Part shown: positions 25,546 to 35,913 of the stretch, in pieces
Layout: every line of letters begins with the position of its first letter
Numbering within the stretch: position 1 is the stretch's first letter
Origin: Solirubrobacterales bacterium
GTDB taxonomy: Bacteria; Actinomycetota; Thermoleophilia; Solirubrobacterales; JACPNS01
Direction of reading: 5' to 3'
Assembly: GCA_016185345.1 (NCBI GenBank)
Contig: JACPNS010000016.1
Coordinates: 54,975-118,974 of the forward strand
Length of the DNA: 64,000 nucleotides
The notes under the pieces: model-generated
What the model was told of the DNA's origin: nothing
Database searches by the model: none
The model's input: the letters and a program-made list of their open reading frames with translations, nothing else
Program-made: the position numbers and the translations under genes

Positions 25546-26741
25546 CGATCCCGTTCGCCGCCGCAGCTGACGACGTCTCCGCGGCACTGCTCGCGCTCTT
25601 CATCCTGCTTCTCGCGGCCAAGCTCGGCGAGGAGATCTGTCGTCGCCTGCAGCAGCCGGTGGTGATCGGTGAAATCCTCGCTGGCACGATCGTCGGCTCG
25701 TCGGTGCTTGGCCTCGTCAGCATCGACACCGTGCTCAGCGTTTTCGCGGAATTGGGCGTGATCTTCCTGCTCTTCTGGGTCGGACTCGAGACGAAACTCG
25801 GGGACATCAGATCCGTTGGCAAATCGGCGACGCTTGTTGGCGTGTTTGGCGTCGTGATCCCCGTCGCCGTCGGAATCGGCGGTGCCTTCGCGCTCGGCGC
25901 GTCAACCTCAACCGCCGTGTTCGTCGGTGCGGCGTTGGCAGCTACGAGCGTCGGAATCACCTCGGCCATTCTCGTTGAGCTAGATCTCCAGGGTGGCCCA
26001 GCCGGTCGCACGATTCTCGGCGCTGCGGTGATCGACGACATCCTCGCGTTACTGATTCTGGCCCTCGCGGTGGGTCTTGCCAGTGAAGGCGGGATCAGTT
26101 TCGACGAGATCGCGCTCCTCCTCGGGCTATCCACTCTCTTCCTGCTCTTCTTCGGCCTCGGAGGATCCAAGCTCCTGAGCAGCCGTCCGGCAATCCTTGA
26201 GGCGCCCAAGTTCGCCGATTCACCACTCATGCCGGCGGTGCTGATCTGCCTCGGCCTGGCCGTGATGGCCGCCGAGATTGGCCTCGCAGCCGTCATCGGC
26301 GCCTTTCTGGCGGGCATGATTATCGCCGAAACTCGAGACCAGAACTCGATCGAGGCCGAGGTCGCGCCGCTTTACGCGTTCTTTGCTCCGTTCTTCTTTG
26401 CCGTCATCGGCGCGCAACTGGACCTCGGCGCGCTCGCTGACTACACGAACTTGGCGCTGCTCCTCGCGATCACGATCGCTGCGGTGGCGACGAAATATGT
26501 TGGCGCGTGGCTAGGTGGTGGATCGCTCAGCCGTCGAGACCGTGCGATTGTCAGCGTGGGAATGATCCCACGAGGCGAAGTTGGTGTGATCGTTGCGGGC
26601 CTTGGCTACTCGAAGGGCGCGATCGACGCCGACATCTTTGCCGTCGTGGTCGGCATGGCGATCCTCACGACTCTGATCGCCCCGTACATGATCCGGGCGG
26701 CGGCAAACAAGCAACCGGACGCCGAAACCTCAAAACCCTGA
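25542..26741 (+). CDS. Cation:proton antiporter (CPA2/Kef-type membrane domain)
   Basis: ~12 TM segments with motifs such as LGEEICRRLQQPVVIGEILAG and GMIPRGEVG. ATGA overlap with gatD. Confidence 0.85.
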   Translation: MTIPFAAAADDVSAALLALFILLLAAKLGEEICRRLQQPVVIGEILAGTIVGSSVLGLVSIDTVLSVFAELGVIFLLFWVGLETKLGDIRSVGKSATLVGVFGVVIPVAVGIGGAFALGASTSTAVFVGAALAATSVGITSAILVELDLQGGPAGRTILGAAVIDDILALLILALAVGLASEGGISFDEIALLLGLSTLFLLFFGLGGSKLLSSRPAILEAPKFADSPLMPAVLICLGLAVMAAEIGLAAVIGAFLAGMIIAETRDQNSIEAEVAPLYAFFAPFFFAVIGAQLDLGALADYTNLALLLAITIAAVATKYVGAWLGGGSLSRRDRAIVSVGMIPRGEVGVIVAGLGYSKGAIDADIFAVVVGMAILTTLIAPYMIRAAANKQPDAETSKP

Positions 26742-27161
26742 GGAGCCAAATCCGCCCTCGCCGCGAGTCGTGTCATCGAACTCGTCGACCTCGGCCCAGT
26801 CGGGAGCCGCGAAGGCGACGATCACCAGCTGCGCAATGCGATCACCGGGCTTAACCTCGTAGGCAGCTTCGCGATCCGTGTTGAGCATCAGCACCTGGAG
26901 CTCGCCGCGGTAACCGCAGTCGATCAAACCGGGCGTGTTCGTGAGGGTGATCCCATGCTTGTGCGCCAGACCCGAGCGCGGCAGGATCAATCCGGCATGG
27001 CCATCGGGAATGGCGACCGCCACGCCGGTGGACACCCTGGCACGAGCACCGGGCTCGAGGACGAGGCCCTTGACGGCATACAGGTCGCTGCCGGCGTCGC
27101 CAGCGTGCGCCTGGGTCGGAACGACCGCGTCGCTGTGGAGTTTCTTGAAACGGAGCTGCAA
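26730..27161 (-). CDS. dut: dUTP diphosphatase
   Basis: AGDAGSDLYA, GLILPRSG, IDCGYRGEL and RGEGGFGSSG motifs; 143 aa. Confidence 0.9.
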   Translation of the reverse strand: MQLRFKKLHSDAVVPTQAHAGDAGSDLYAVKGLVLEPGARARVSTGVAVAIPDGHAGLILPRSGLAHKHGITLTNTPGLIDCGYRGELQVLMLNTDREAAYEVKPGDRIAQLVIVAFAAPDWAEVDEFDDTTRGEGGFGSSGF

Positions 27162-27177
27162 GGTGCGGCGAGATTAC

Positions 27178-28464
27178 TCAGACGGTCGCGGGAACGCGAA
27201 AGCGCTCCATCCGAGCGGCCAGTGGAGCTGGCAGTTTTGCGATCACTCGGACGCCATCGCCGCGGTCTTCGCGGTGCAGGTCTGCGGCCTGCTGGTGCAA
27301 CGTGTCGAGAACTTCGCCATCCTTGTATGGGACCAGCAGATCCACCTGCACGAGGCGGGCGGAGAGCTTGACGGCAATCGATTCGCGCAACTCGTCGAGC
27401 CCCTCGCCGGTTACTGCGGAAACGAGCGACGCACCCGGGAAGCGATAGAACAGCTCTTCTTTGCGCTCAGGCATGACGAGGTCGATCTTGTTCAGCACGA
27501 GGTGCGAGTCCTGCTCAACAACGCCGGTTTCTACGAGCACGTCGTCCACGGCCTGAATCATCTCTTTGAGATCGCCCTCTTCCATCGACGCGTCGACGAC
27601 ATGGAGCACCAGTTCCGCTGAGAGCGCTTCCTCGAGCGTTGCGGCAAACGCATCCACCACCTGGTGCGGGAGCTTGCGGATGAACCCGACGGTGTCTGTC
27701 ATCAGCACTGTTCGTCCATCGACCTCGAGCGTGCGGGTGGTCGGGTCGAGGGTTTCGAAGAGTCGGTCACGTACGGTGACGTCAGACCCCGTGAGTTTGT
27801 TCAGCAGGCTTGACTTGCCGGCGTTCGTATAGCCCGCCAGAGCGACGGTGCCGATGCTCTTGCGTTCGCGCTCGCGCCTCCGCGTCTCACGCGCCAACTT
27901 GACGAGGTCGAGTTTTCTGCGCAGCGCGGTGATGCGGTCGCGCGCAAGACGACGGTCGGTCTCAATCTGGGATTCACCCGGACCCCTGGTGCCGATTCCA
28001 GCGCCGAGGCGCTCGAGGTGGGTCCAGAGTCCGCGCATGCGCGAAAGGTTGTACTCAAGCTGAGCGAGCTCCACCTGCAGCTTGCCCTCTGCGCTCTTTG
28101 CATGGCCAGCAAAGATGTCGAGGATGATCTCGGTGCGATCGACAACAGAGATCCCGACCTCTTCTTCGAGGTTTCGCGCCTGGCGTGGGAGCAGTTCGTC
28201 GTCGCAGGCGATGACGTTGGCGTTGTTCTCTTTGGCGAAGGCCTTCAGCTCGGCGATTTTGCCACTGCCGAAATACGTGTTCGGATCGGGAACGTCGCGT
28301 CGCTGAGTCATCTCGCCGGCAATCGCGACGCCCGCCGTACGGAGCAGCTCTCGCAGCTCAGCGAGGTCTGGTTCCAAAGGAGCAGAGGCAATGCACAACG
28401 CACGCTGCTTGGCGCGTGGGTTGACAATTCCTTCCCCGTATCGAGAATCTCGGCGTTCTTGCAC
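27178..28464 (-). CDS. hflX: GTPase HflX
   Basis: HflX N-domain (TEIILDIFAGHAKSAEGKLQVELAQLEY) and G-domain (LAGYTNAGKSSLLN, DTVGF, NKID). Confidence 0.9.
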   Translation of the reverse strand: MQERRDSRYGEGIVNPRAKQRALCIASAPLEPDLAELRELLRTAGVAIAGEMTQRRDVPDPNTYFGSGKIAELKAFAKENNANVIACDDELLPRQARNLEEEVGISVVDRTEIILDIFAGHAKSAEGKLQVELAQLEYNLSRMRGLWTHLERLGAGIGTRGPGESQIETDRRLARDRITALRRKLDLVKLARETRRRERERKSIGTVALAGYTNAGKSSLLNKLTGSDVTVRDRLFETLDPTTRTLEVDGRTVLMTDTVGFIRKLPHQVVDAFAATLEEALSAELVLHVVDASMEEGDLKEMIQAVDDVLVETGVVEQDSHLVLNKIDLVMPERKEELFYRFPGASLVSAVTGEGLDELRESIAVKLSARLVQVDLLVPYKDGEVLDTLHQQAADLHREDRGDGVRVIAKLPAPLAARMERFRVPATV

Positions 28465-28499
28465 TAAAGCCAGCCTACCCGCGCTGCGCGCGGACGGGT

Positions 28500-29669
28500 C
28501 TACTTCGCCAACGTTCCGCGCAGGCGCTCGACGGCTTCGGTGAGGCGCTGGTCGGGCGTGGTGAGCGAGATGCGGAAGAAGCCCTCGCCGCTGGCGCCGT
28601 AAGCACCGCCGGGAGAAATCACGACCGCAGATTCTTCAAGCACGTGCTCGCAGTAGGCAGCAGCGCTCTCGAATCCGCCCGGGACAGGCGCCCAGATGTA
28701 GATAGTTGCCTTCGGGCGCTTGACGTCAACGCCGATCTCGGCGAGCGCGTCACACACGAGGTCGCGGCGGCGCGCGTAGATTTGATTCATCGAGTCAACC
28801 GATGCCTCGGTGCTCTGGCTGAGCGCCTCGATCGCGGCGACCTGCACGGCCTCGAAATTGCCGGAGTCGATGTTGGTCTTCAGGCGCCAGTAGGACGCGA
28901 TCGCTTCGGCGTTACCGACGATCGCAGCTGCGCGCCACCCGGTCATGTTGAAGCCCTTGCTCAACGAGAAGACCTCCACGCCGACTTCCTTGGCGCCGGG
29001 GGTCTCGAGGAAGCTGGGCGGCTTGTAACCGTCGTAGGCCGTTTCGGTGTATGAGGCGTCGTGGACCACGAGGATGTCGTTGGCCTTCGCGAACTGCACA
29101 ACTTCAGCGAAGAACCCATCCGGCACGATCGCGCCAGTCGGGTTGTTCGGGTAGTTGATGAAGAGCAGCTTTGCCTTGGCCAACTTGTCGGCGGGAACAG
29201 CAGAGAGGTCCGGCGCGAAGTCGCGCTCAGGCAGAAGCGGCAGTAGCACCGGCTCGGCGCCAACGAGAATCGGACCAGCGGTATAGACCGGGTAACCGGG
29301 GTCGGACGCGAGCGCGACGTCGCCAGGGTCGAGGAATGCGAGGTTCAGGTTGAAAATCGTTTCCTTGGCGCCGATTCCTGGCATGACCTCGGTAGCCGGG
29401 TCAAGCTCGACCCCGAAGCGGCGCTTGTAGAAGTCCGCGACTGCCTCGCGGAAATCATCACGACCGCGGTTTGACGGGTACTGGTGCGTCCCGGGGTCGG
29501 CGACTGCGGACTGCATCGCTGCGACAACATTGTCGGGCGTAGGCATGTCCGGGTCACCAATACCGAGCGAGATCACGTCGATGCCGGCGGCCTTCTTGTC
29601 GGCGATCTTCCTTTCGAGTTCGGCGAAGAGGTACGGCGGGATCTGTTCAAGTCGTTTGCTCGGCTTCAT
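28500..29669 (-). CDS. dapL: LL-diaminopimelate aminotransferase-type class I aminotransferase
   Basis: The N-terminus LEQIPPYLFAELERKI...LGIGDPDMPTP, NNPTG and SLSKGFNMTGWR (PLP Lys) match the DapL subgroup. It is adjacent to dapF. Confidence 0.75.
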   Translation of the reverse strand: MKPSKRLEQIPPYLFAELERKIADKKAAGIDVISLGIGDPDMPTPDNVVAAMQSAVADPGTHQYPSNRGRDDFREAVADFYKRRFGVELDPATEVMPGIGAKETIFNLNLAFLDPGDVALASDPGYPVYTAGPILVGAEPVLLPLLPERDFAPDLSAVPADKLAKAKLLFINYPNNPTGAIVPDGFFAEVVQFAKANDILVVHDASYTETAYDGYKPPSFLETPGAKEVGVEVFSLSKGFNMTGWRAAAIVGNAEAIASYWRLKTNIDSGNFEAVQVAAIEALSQSTEASVDSMNQIYARRRDLVCDALAEIGVDVKRPKATIYIWAPVPGGFESAAAYCEHVLEESAVVISPGGAYGASGEGFFRISLTTPDQRLTEAVERLRGTLAK

Positions 29670-29673
29670 GGGA

Positions 29674-30525
29674 TCAGAGCTGCTCCAGTTCTGCGATGAA
29701 TTCGGTGGTCAGTTCGCCGTCGAAAACGGGCACGGCCCACCCGGTAAGTGTGATGTGTAGGGCGTCTGAGATCCCTACGAGGAGAAGTCCGCCGTCGAGT
29801 TCGACATTTACGGGGCGCGGCATTCCGCGAAGATATGCGGCCACGGCCGCGCCGGTTGCGCCGGTTCCGGATGAAAGGGTCTCTCCCACGCCGCGTTCAA
29901 AAATCCTTGCGCAAATCACGTTCTTTCCGGTCTCAGTCCAGAACGAAACATTGGTGCGATTCGTAAAGCGCGAGTCGTTCTCGAGTGCGGGACCGATCGC
30001 TGGTAGGTCGAGCGCTCGAAGGGCCTCGAGTCCGCCGGGGATCTCGATCGCGCATTGTGGGTTTCCGATCGAGACGTGTTGAAATTCCATTTCAGTATCA
30101 CCGACACTGATGAACCCTCGACCATCGCTCGGTCCCGCCGGGAAGTCCTTTGACGTCAGGCTGGCCCGTCCCATGTCGACCTCACATTGCGTCGACGAGA
30201 CGATCTTCGGGCGGATAGTCCCGGCCGCGGTGCCCACGGCGAACTCATCGAGGTCCGTTGCGCCGGAGCGACGTAGATACATCACGGCCTCTCGCACACC
30301 GTTGCCAGAAAGCTCGGCCTCGGTCCCATCGGGGTTGAAAATCTTGATGTCCGCAACGAGTTCTGGATCGTCGCTTGGAGAGATCAGCAGAATCCCATCA
30401 GCGCCAACAGCGAAGTGGTACTCGCAGATGTGTTTGATTCGCCTCGGTGTGAGCTCAAAGGGCGCAGCATCGTGCTCAACGACCATGTAGTCGTTGCCGA
30501 GCGCCTGCCACTTCTGGAACTTCAC
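29674..30525 (-). CDS. dapF: Diaminopimelate epimerase
   Basis: MKFQKWQALGNDYMVV, FNPDGTEAELSGNG (first catalytic Cys position is Ser here) and ERGVGETLSSGTG. Confidence 0.85.
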   Translation of the reverse strand: MKFQKWQALGNDYMVVEHDAAPFELTPRRIKHICEYHFAVGADGILLISPSDDPELVADIKIFNPDGTEAELSGNGVREAVMYLRRSGATDLDEFAVGTAAGTIRPKIVSSTQCEVDMGRASLTSKDFPAGPSDGRGFISVGDTEMEFQHVSIGNPQCAIEIPGGLEALRALDLPAIGPALENDSRFTNRTNVSFWTETGKNVICARIFERGVGETLSSGTGATGAAVAAYLRGMPRPVNVELDGGLLLVGISDALHITLTGWAVPVFDGELTTEFIAELEQL

Positions 30526-30551
30526 CGATCACTCCTCATCGGCGCGGCAGT

Positions 30552-31457
30552 CTAATCGGTGAGCTTCGCGGCAATCTGGGCCGCGACCTCTGCCGGCGGC
30601 AGCTCGGTGACGTCGATGGTCGTCGCTCCGGCGAGCTTGTTGAGCCAGGTGAGCTGGCGTTTCGCGTACCGGCGGGTGTTGGTTTTCATCTGGTCGACGT
30701 CCCCCTGCAGGAGCTCCTCGAATCCCAGCGCCTGCCGCGCGGTTCGACCGGCGAGCGGTTCGGCTCCGCGGACTTCCTCGGCCGCGCCGCCCTCAACCAT
30801 CTCATTAACGCGCTGCTCGATCCTGGCGTAAAGCGCTTCTCGATCCATAACCAGCGCGAAGAGGTGTGTAGGAACTCGCGCTTCCTCGGTCCAGAGGCGA
30901 TTCTCATCGCGCTCGGCCGGATTGAGCCCTTGTTCGAGCGTTTCAAGAGCGCGCACCACGCGGCGCGCGTTCTTCGGATCCACCTCGGCTGCCAAGTCGG
31001 GCGCTTCACGCTCCAGGCGGGCGTATAGGGCCTCCAGGCCGTCCTGGTCGAGCTCAACCGCAAGTCGTTCGCGCACGCCCTCGCGGGGTTTTGGCATCAG
31101 GTCCAGCTCGGTCAGGGAGGCGCGGAGATAGAGGCCCGTGCCACCGACAACGATTGGACGCCGACCTTCCGCGCGTAGTGAGTCAATCTCGGCGTGCGCG
31201 AACTTTGAGTGAGTGGCGACGTCGTACTGGTCTGCGACGGAGATAGTGCCGATCAGGCGATGCTCGAGGGCACTGCGTTCGCTCGCGTCAGCTGCGCCGG
31301 TAAGGATTGGCAGCTCGCGATACACCTGCATCGAATCGACAGACACCGCGACCGGGTCCTCCCCACGCTCCCGCAGCTGTTCGGCGAGCGCGACAGCAAC
31401 CGAAGTCTTTCCGATCCCGGTCGGGCCGAAGAGTGCAACAACGTCTAGGGCGGTCAT
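30552..31457 (-). CDS. miaA: tRNA dimethylallyltransferase
   Basis: Track ORF 30552..31841 trimmed to ATG 31457, where the P-loop MTALDVVALFGPTGIGKTSVAVALA begins. The remainder is colinear with MiaA. Confidence 0.9.
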   Translation of the reverse strand: MTALDVVALFGPTGIGKTSVAVALAEQLRERGEDPVAVSVDSMQVYRELPILTGAADASERSALEHRLIGTISVADQYDVATHSKFAHAEIDSLRAEGRRPIVVGGTGLYLRASLTELDLMPKPREGVRERLAVELDQDGLEALYARLEREAPDLAAEVDPKNARRVVRALETLEQGLNPAERDENRLWTEEARVPTHLFALVMDREALYARIEQRVNEMVEGGAAEEVRGAEPLAGRTARQALGFEELLQGDVDQMKTNTRRYAKRQLTWLNKLAGATTIDVTELPPAEVAAQIAAKLTD

Positions 31458-31464
31458 TCCGCGC

Positions 31465-32787
31465 CTAGGCAATTGCTCGCGCGAGCAGCTTCTCACTACC
31501 GTCGAGAGTTTGTGAGGTGGCGCGCTCGACGTGAACCGTCGTGAATTCCCCCGCCTCAGCGAGACCGTCGAAGTTGACGACCTTGTTGTGGCGGGTCCGC
31601 CCGCGGACCTTCGAGGGATCCTTGCGCGAGCGACCCTCGACAAGCACTTCGACATCGCGACCGACGAATCGCTGTGCGCGCTCAAGCGCGTGCGCCTGGA
31701 CCAGATCCACAAGGCGCGACATGCGCTCACGCTTGACGGCGTGCTCGAGTTGATCGGGCATGTCGGCGGCTTCGGTTCCGCGACGAGGTGAGTAGTTGAA
31801 CGTGAAAGCTGAGTCAAACGCGACCTGATCAACGACCTCAAGCGTTTCGACGAATTCCTCCTCAGTCTCCCCCGGAAAGCCGACGATGATGTCGGTCGAG
31901 AGCGAAACGTCTGGCACGTATTCGCGGATCAGTTTGACGCGGTCCAGGAAGCGCTCACGGGTGTAAGTGCGGCGCATCGACTTCAAGACCCGCGACGAGC
32001 CGGCCTGCAGTGGAAGATGGATGTGTTCACAGAGGCTCGGGAGCTCGGCGTGCGCCTCGATCACATCGAGCTTGATGTCCTTCGGGTGCGGGCTGGTGTA
32101 CCGAATGCGCTCGATCCCATCGATCGCGTCGACCTCGCGGAGCAGCTGAGCGAATGTGACTCGCTGCTCCTTCGGGAGTGAGCGACCGTACGAATTGACG
32201 TTTTGACCGAGCAGTGTCACCTCGCGTACGCCGTCCTCGGCCATCTTTGCTACGTCAGCGATCACCGCGTTGGGATCGCGACTCACTTCGCGCCCGCGAG
32301 TGGACGGAACGATGCAGTACGCGCAGACCTCTTGACAGCCAATCGAAATCTGCGTCCAGCCGTGAAAGTCGCGCTCGCGACGAGCCGGGAGATCGCCGGT
32401 GAAACCCTCGAACTCGAAGTAGCCCTGAGCGGTCAACGAGTCGCTGTTCAGGAACTCAGCAAGTTTGTGTACCTGACCCGGACCGAACGCGACGTCAACA
32501 AACGGAAACTGAGTGAAGACCTCGTCTTTGACGGACTGAGCCCAGCACCCACCGACGCCAATCACAGTCCCAGGATTCTCGTTCTTGATGCGCTTCGCGT
32601 GCCCAAGATGTGCAGCGAACTTCGTATCCGCCGCCTCACGAATCGAGCAGGTGTTGAAGAGGATCAAATCCGCCTGATCCTGCTCCGGCGCAGCGTCATA
32701 ACCGAGCGACTCGAGCATCCCCTTCATGCGCTCAGAGTCGTGCTCGTTCATCTGACAGCCAAACGTGGTCACGTGATACTTCGGCAT
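31465..32787 (-). CDS. miaB: tRNA-i6A37 methylthiotransferase
   Basis: UPF0004 N-domain (TFGCQMNEHDSE), radical-SAM CxxxCxxC (GCQEVCAYCIVP) and a TRAM C-terminus. Confidence 0.9.
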   Translation of the reverse strand: MPKYHVTTFGCQMNEHDSERMKGMLESLGYDAAPEQDQADLILFNTCSIREAADTKFAAHLGHAKRIKNENPGTVIGVGGCWAQSVKDEVFTQFPFVDVAFGPGQVHKLAEFLNSDSLTAQGYFEFEGFTGDLPARRERDFHGWTQISIGCQEVCAYCIVPSTRGREVSRDPNAVIADVAKMAEDGVREVTLLGQNVNSYGRSLPKEQRVTFAQLLREVDAIDGIERIRYTSPHPKDIKLDVIEAHAELPSLCEHIHLPLQAGSSRVLKSMRRTYTRERFLDRVKLIREYVPDVSLSTDIIVGFPGETEEEFVETLEVVDQVAFDSAFTFNYSPRRGTEAADMPDQLEHAVKRERMSRLVDLVQAHALERAQRFVGRDVEVLVEGRSRKDPSKVRGRTRHNKVVNFDGLAEAGEFTTVHVERATSQTLDGSEKLLARAIA

Positions 32788-32813
32788 TCAGCCAGAGTAC
32801 TTCCAAGCGCAGG

Positions 32814-33272
32814 TCAGAACGGCTTGACCACCATCACGAACACCAGCGCGTAGAGCACGCCCAGCTCGAACACAGTGACTTTCAAGAGCTTCGTCACGCG
32901 CTCAGTCACCTGGGAAGAATCAGCGCCGAACTCATCGGACTCCGCCTTGATCTTCTTTGCCTGCGGTTCGAGATACGCGAGGCCGTTGATCAGTAGGAGA
33001 ATGAAAACGCCGAGCCCGATGGCAACGAGCGGATCCGAGAAGGACCAAGGCCCCTCCAGTACGGCAGCGATTCCGAAAATGATGGTTCCGAGCGAGATCG
33101 GGATGAAGTAGCGCGCGGCGATGCCGTCCCAGAACTCTGTTAGCCAAATTCGCGTCTGAGCGCCACCCTGGGAGTACACGCTCTTGGCGATCAAGTAGTC
33201 GTACGTCGCCCCGCCAACCCAGGCGATCGCGAACACCACGTGTAGGAAAACGAGCAATTCGTAGAGGTCCAT
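32814..33272 (-). CDS. Four-TM membrane protein, DUF2269-like
   Basis: Start set at ATG 33272 (MDLYELLVFLHVVFAIAWVGG...). Hydrophobic profile with four TM helices. Family call is tentative. Confidence 0.6.
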   Translation of the reverse strand: MDLYELLVFLHVVFAIAWVGGATYDYLIAKSVYSQGGAQTRIWLTEFWDGIAARYFIPISLGTIIFGIAAVLEGPWSFSDPLVAIGLGVFILLLINGLAYLEPQAKKIKAESDEFGADSSQVTERVTKLLKVTVFELGVLYALVFVMVVKPF

Positions 33273-33496
33273 TCGCGGCAAGTTACCCGATTTTGGATTC
33301 GGTGCAACGATTTCCTGGCTTGCATCGCTCAACCTTGGCAATGGGAATCTGGTGCCGCGAGCCGCGCCTGAGCGCGAAATCTTCCATGGTCGACCCCTAC
33401 GGGATCGAGGGTGGAGGGATTCGGGCGCTGTGCTGCGATTTCAACACGCTCAGAAGCGAGACTGCTCCAGCCAGCCTTAGCGGGAATCGGGGGAAG

Positions 33497-33535
33497 TGTC
33501 TCGCCCGCAGGCGCGGAGGCGCCGAGGACGAGACA
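33497..33535 (-). terminator. GC-rich imperfect hairpin downstream of recA
   Basis: TGTCTCG...CGAGACA outer stem with inner GGCGC/GCGCC pairing, 25 nt after the recA stop. There is no U tract, so function is uncertain. Confidence 0.3.
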
Positions 33536-33559
33536 TTTCCACCGGTTCAACCACAACTG

Positions 33560-35773
33560 TCAAGCCGCCGCAGTCTCCTTGACCGAGACCGAAGGCTCAA
33601 CATCCGCCTCAATCACCTCACCAGTCTCCTTGTCCACCTTGATGTGGATCGGTCGACCGGTGGCGTCGAGGCCGAGTTCGGCGAAGACCTTCTGCTCGAC
33701 GTCCTTGGCGATCTCTGGGTTGTCGCGCAGGAACTGCTTGACGTTGTTGCGGCCCTGGCCCATCTTGACGTCTCCGTAGGAGAAGAAGGAGCCGGACTTC
33801 TGGAGGACGTTGTGCTCGATGCCGAGGTCCACGAGGCAGCCCTCTGAGGAGATCCCCTGGCCGAACTCGATGTCGAACTCGGCCTGGCGGAACGGCGGAG
33901 CGACCTTGTTCTTTACGACCTTGACGCGGACGCGGTTTCCGACGATCTCGGTGCCCTCCTTGAGGGACTCGATGCGGCGGATGTCCAAGCGCTGTGAGCT
34001 GAAGAACTTCAGCGCGCGACCACCGGGCTGGGTCTCCGGCGAATTGTGCACAACCACGTGATCGACCAGGTAGGTGTGGTTTCCCTCAACCTGCAGGTCG
34101 TACTTGCGATTTCGTGACGGACGATCATGCTCAGGTTTCGCCGGCGGCTTGCTGTATTTGCGGACGACCTTCATGCCGACTGCCTTCAGCGACGTGCGGC
34201 TCTTCAGGTCCATGCGGAAGTCGCCCTCGACCGGTGCGGTCTCCCACTGAAAGCGCCCACGCAGGCTCGGATGGAGCTTGTACTCCATCGAAGGGTGAAC
34301 GTAGGGGGCGATCGCCTCTTGAAACTTCCTCGTTCGTTCGCCGCTGAACAAAAGGTTTACGCCACTGAGAGTGGGCCTGCCAAATCCAAGTTCGGCGCAG
34401 CGGTCCGCGACGAGTTCGCGATCCTCCGTAGCCAAACCCTTGACGCAGATCGTGGCCTTGCCGTGACCCCATCGCCTGTAGCTGCCGCTGAAGTTTCCGT
34501 CATCGAGATACCACGCGGCAAACGAGCGTTCATCCATCTGGGAAAGCAACTCTTCGGTTACATGCTTGCGTCCGTCGCCAGCGTAAACAGCATCACGAAT
34601 CGTCGCCAACTGGCGCATGGGAATCGTGTCGAAGCCGCTGCCGGCTCCCGTTTTGCCGATCTTGTTGGCAAACGGGCTCAGCATCGACTGCTTCCACTCG
34701 AGATAGTCGCGCTGCTTTTTGCCGTGACCGAGGCGGAACGACGCGTTGTGGTCAGACACGTATCGCATCGAGCCGTCGCCCATCAAGCTGCCGAGGATCA
34801 GCTTCATCTGATCCTCGCTCAGTGCGTACTGCTTGGTCGCGACGAGAACCTCCTCGCCCTCTTCGATCTCCCATGCCTGACGCTCGCCCTCCGGCGTGAA
34901 GATCACGTGGTTTGGAGTACAGGCGAACTTGCGCCGGCCAGAGCCTCCGCCGGCTTCGACCTCGAACTGAATCCACTCGTCGGCCTCGCCATTGTCGTAC
35001 CACTGCACGATCTTCTTCGGTGAGATTTCACCGGTCTCCGGATTCATGGACATGACTTCGACATCCATTTTTTGATTGACGATCTTGCCGATCTTTTCCG
35101 TGCTGCCATCGGCCAGGACGACGCGAGAGTCGTAGTGGAAGCAACCGAACATGACGCCGATCTTCTCGCGGATCTGGTTGATGAAAATGCACGTGGTGTC
35201 AGTGCGGTTCAGGTTTCCTGCGATCTTGCGCATTGCCTGGCTCATCATGCGAGCCTGGAGGCCTACGGTCTGATCGCCCATGGCGCCCTCGAGCTCGGTC
35301 TTCGGGGTCAGTGCCGCGACGGAGTCGATCGCGACGACCGACATGGCGCCTGAGCGGACGAGCATGTCTGCAATCTCCAATGCCTGCTCGCCATAGTCCG
35401 GCTGCGAGACGAGGAGGTTGTCGATGTCAACGCCGATGCGCGCTGCGTACTCCGGGTCCATTGCGTGTTCTGCGTCGATGAAGGCGCAGGTTCCGCCGGC
35501 CTTCTGGGCCTGGGCGATGATCTCGTAGACAAGCGTGGTCTTACCTGAAGACTCCGGGCCGTAGATCTCGACGATCCTGCCCTTTGGCACTCCGCCGATG
35601 CCGAGGGCGAGGTCCAGGGAGAGCACGCCCGTCGGGATCGAAGCGATCTTCTGCCGCGCGTCGTCGTCGCCCATGCGCATGACGGTGCCCTTGCCGAACT
35701 GGCGTTCGATCTGGGTCAGCGCGCCATCGAGGGCTGCGCCCTTCTGCTTGTCGGTCAAATCAAGATGCTCCAC
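33560..35773 (-). CDS. recA: Recombinase RecA precursor containing an intein
   Basis: 737 aa. N-extein aa 1-210 ([10 protein letters not shown]-loop ... [12 protein letters not shown]) and C-extein aa 578-737 ([14 protein letters not shown]...) together form a canonical ~370-aa RecA. Confidence 0.95.
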   Translation of the reverse strand: MEHLDLTDKQKGAALDGALTQIERQFGKGTVMRMGDDDARQKIASIPTGVLSLDLALGIGGVPKGRIVEIYGPESSGKTTLVYEIIAQAQKAGGTCAFIDAEHAMDPEYAARIGVDIDNLLVSQPDYGEQALEIADMLVRSGAMSVVAIDSVAALTPKTELEGAMGDQTVGLQARMMSQAMRKIAGNLNRTDTTCIFINQIREKIGVMFGCFHYDSRVVLADGSTEKIGKIVNQKMDVEVMSMNPETGEISPKKIVQWYDNGEADEWIQFEVEAGGGSGRRKFACTPNHVIFTPEGERQAWEIEEGEEVLVATKQYALSEDQMKLILGSLMGDGSMRYVSDHNASFRLGHGKKQRDYLEWKQSMLSPFANKIGKTGAGSGFDTIPMRQLATIRDAVYAGDGRKHVTEELLSQMDERSFAAWYLDDGNFSGSYRRWGHGKATICVKGLATEDRELVADRCAELGFGRPTLSGVNLLFSGERTRKFQEAIAPYVHPSMEYKLHPSLRGRFQWETAPVEGDFRMDLKSRTSLKAVGMKVVRKYSKPPAKPEHDRPSRNRKYDLQVEGNHTYLVDHVVVHNSPETQPGGRALKFFSSQRLDIRRIESLKEGTEIVGNRVRVKVVKNKVAPPFRQAEFDIEFGQGISSEGCLVDLGIEHNVLQKSGSFFSYGDVKMGQGRNNVKQFLRDNPEIAKDVEQKVFAELGLDATGRPIHIKVDKETGEVIEADVEPSVSVKETAAA
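34043..35143 (-). mobile_element. RecA intein (367 aa) with LAGLIDADG homing-endonuclease domain
   Basis: Begins with Cys (TGC at 35143-35141; [14 protein letters not shown]). Has block B TPNH, LAGLIDADG-type motifs [12 protein letters not shown] and [11 protein letters not shown], and ends VVVHN (AAT at 34045-34043) followed by Ser+1. Confidence 0.9.
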
Positions 35774-35913
35774 GGAGTTCTCCTGTCGTTTCTCAATCGT
35801 CTGTCTCGTATGCCCTATTTGACTGGAAACACGAGTAACGGTTCAAGACCGAAATCAAAAGACTTCGGCAAAGTTCAATGAAACAACTGTGACAACCGAG
35901 CCGGACGGAAAAA

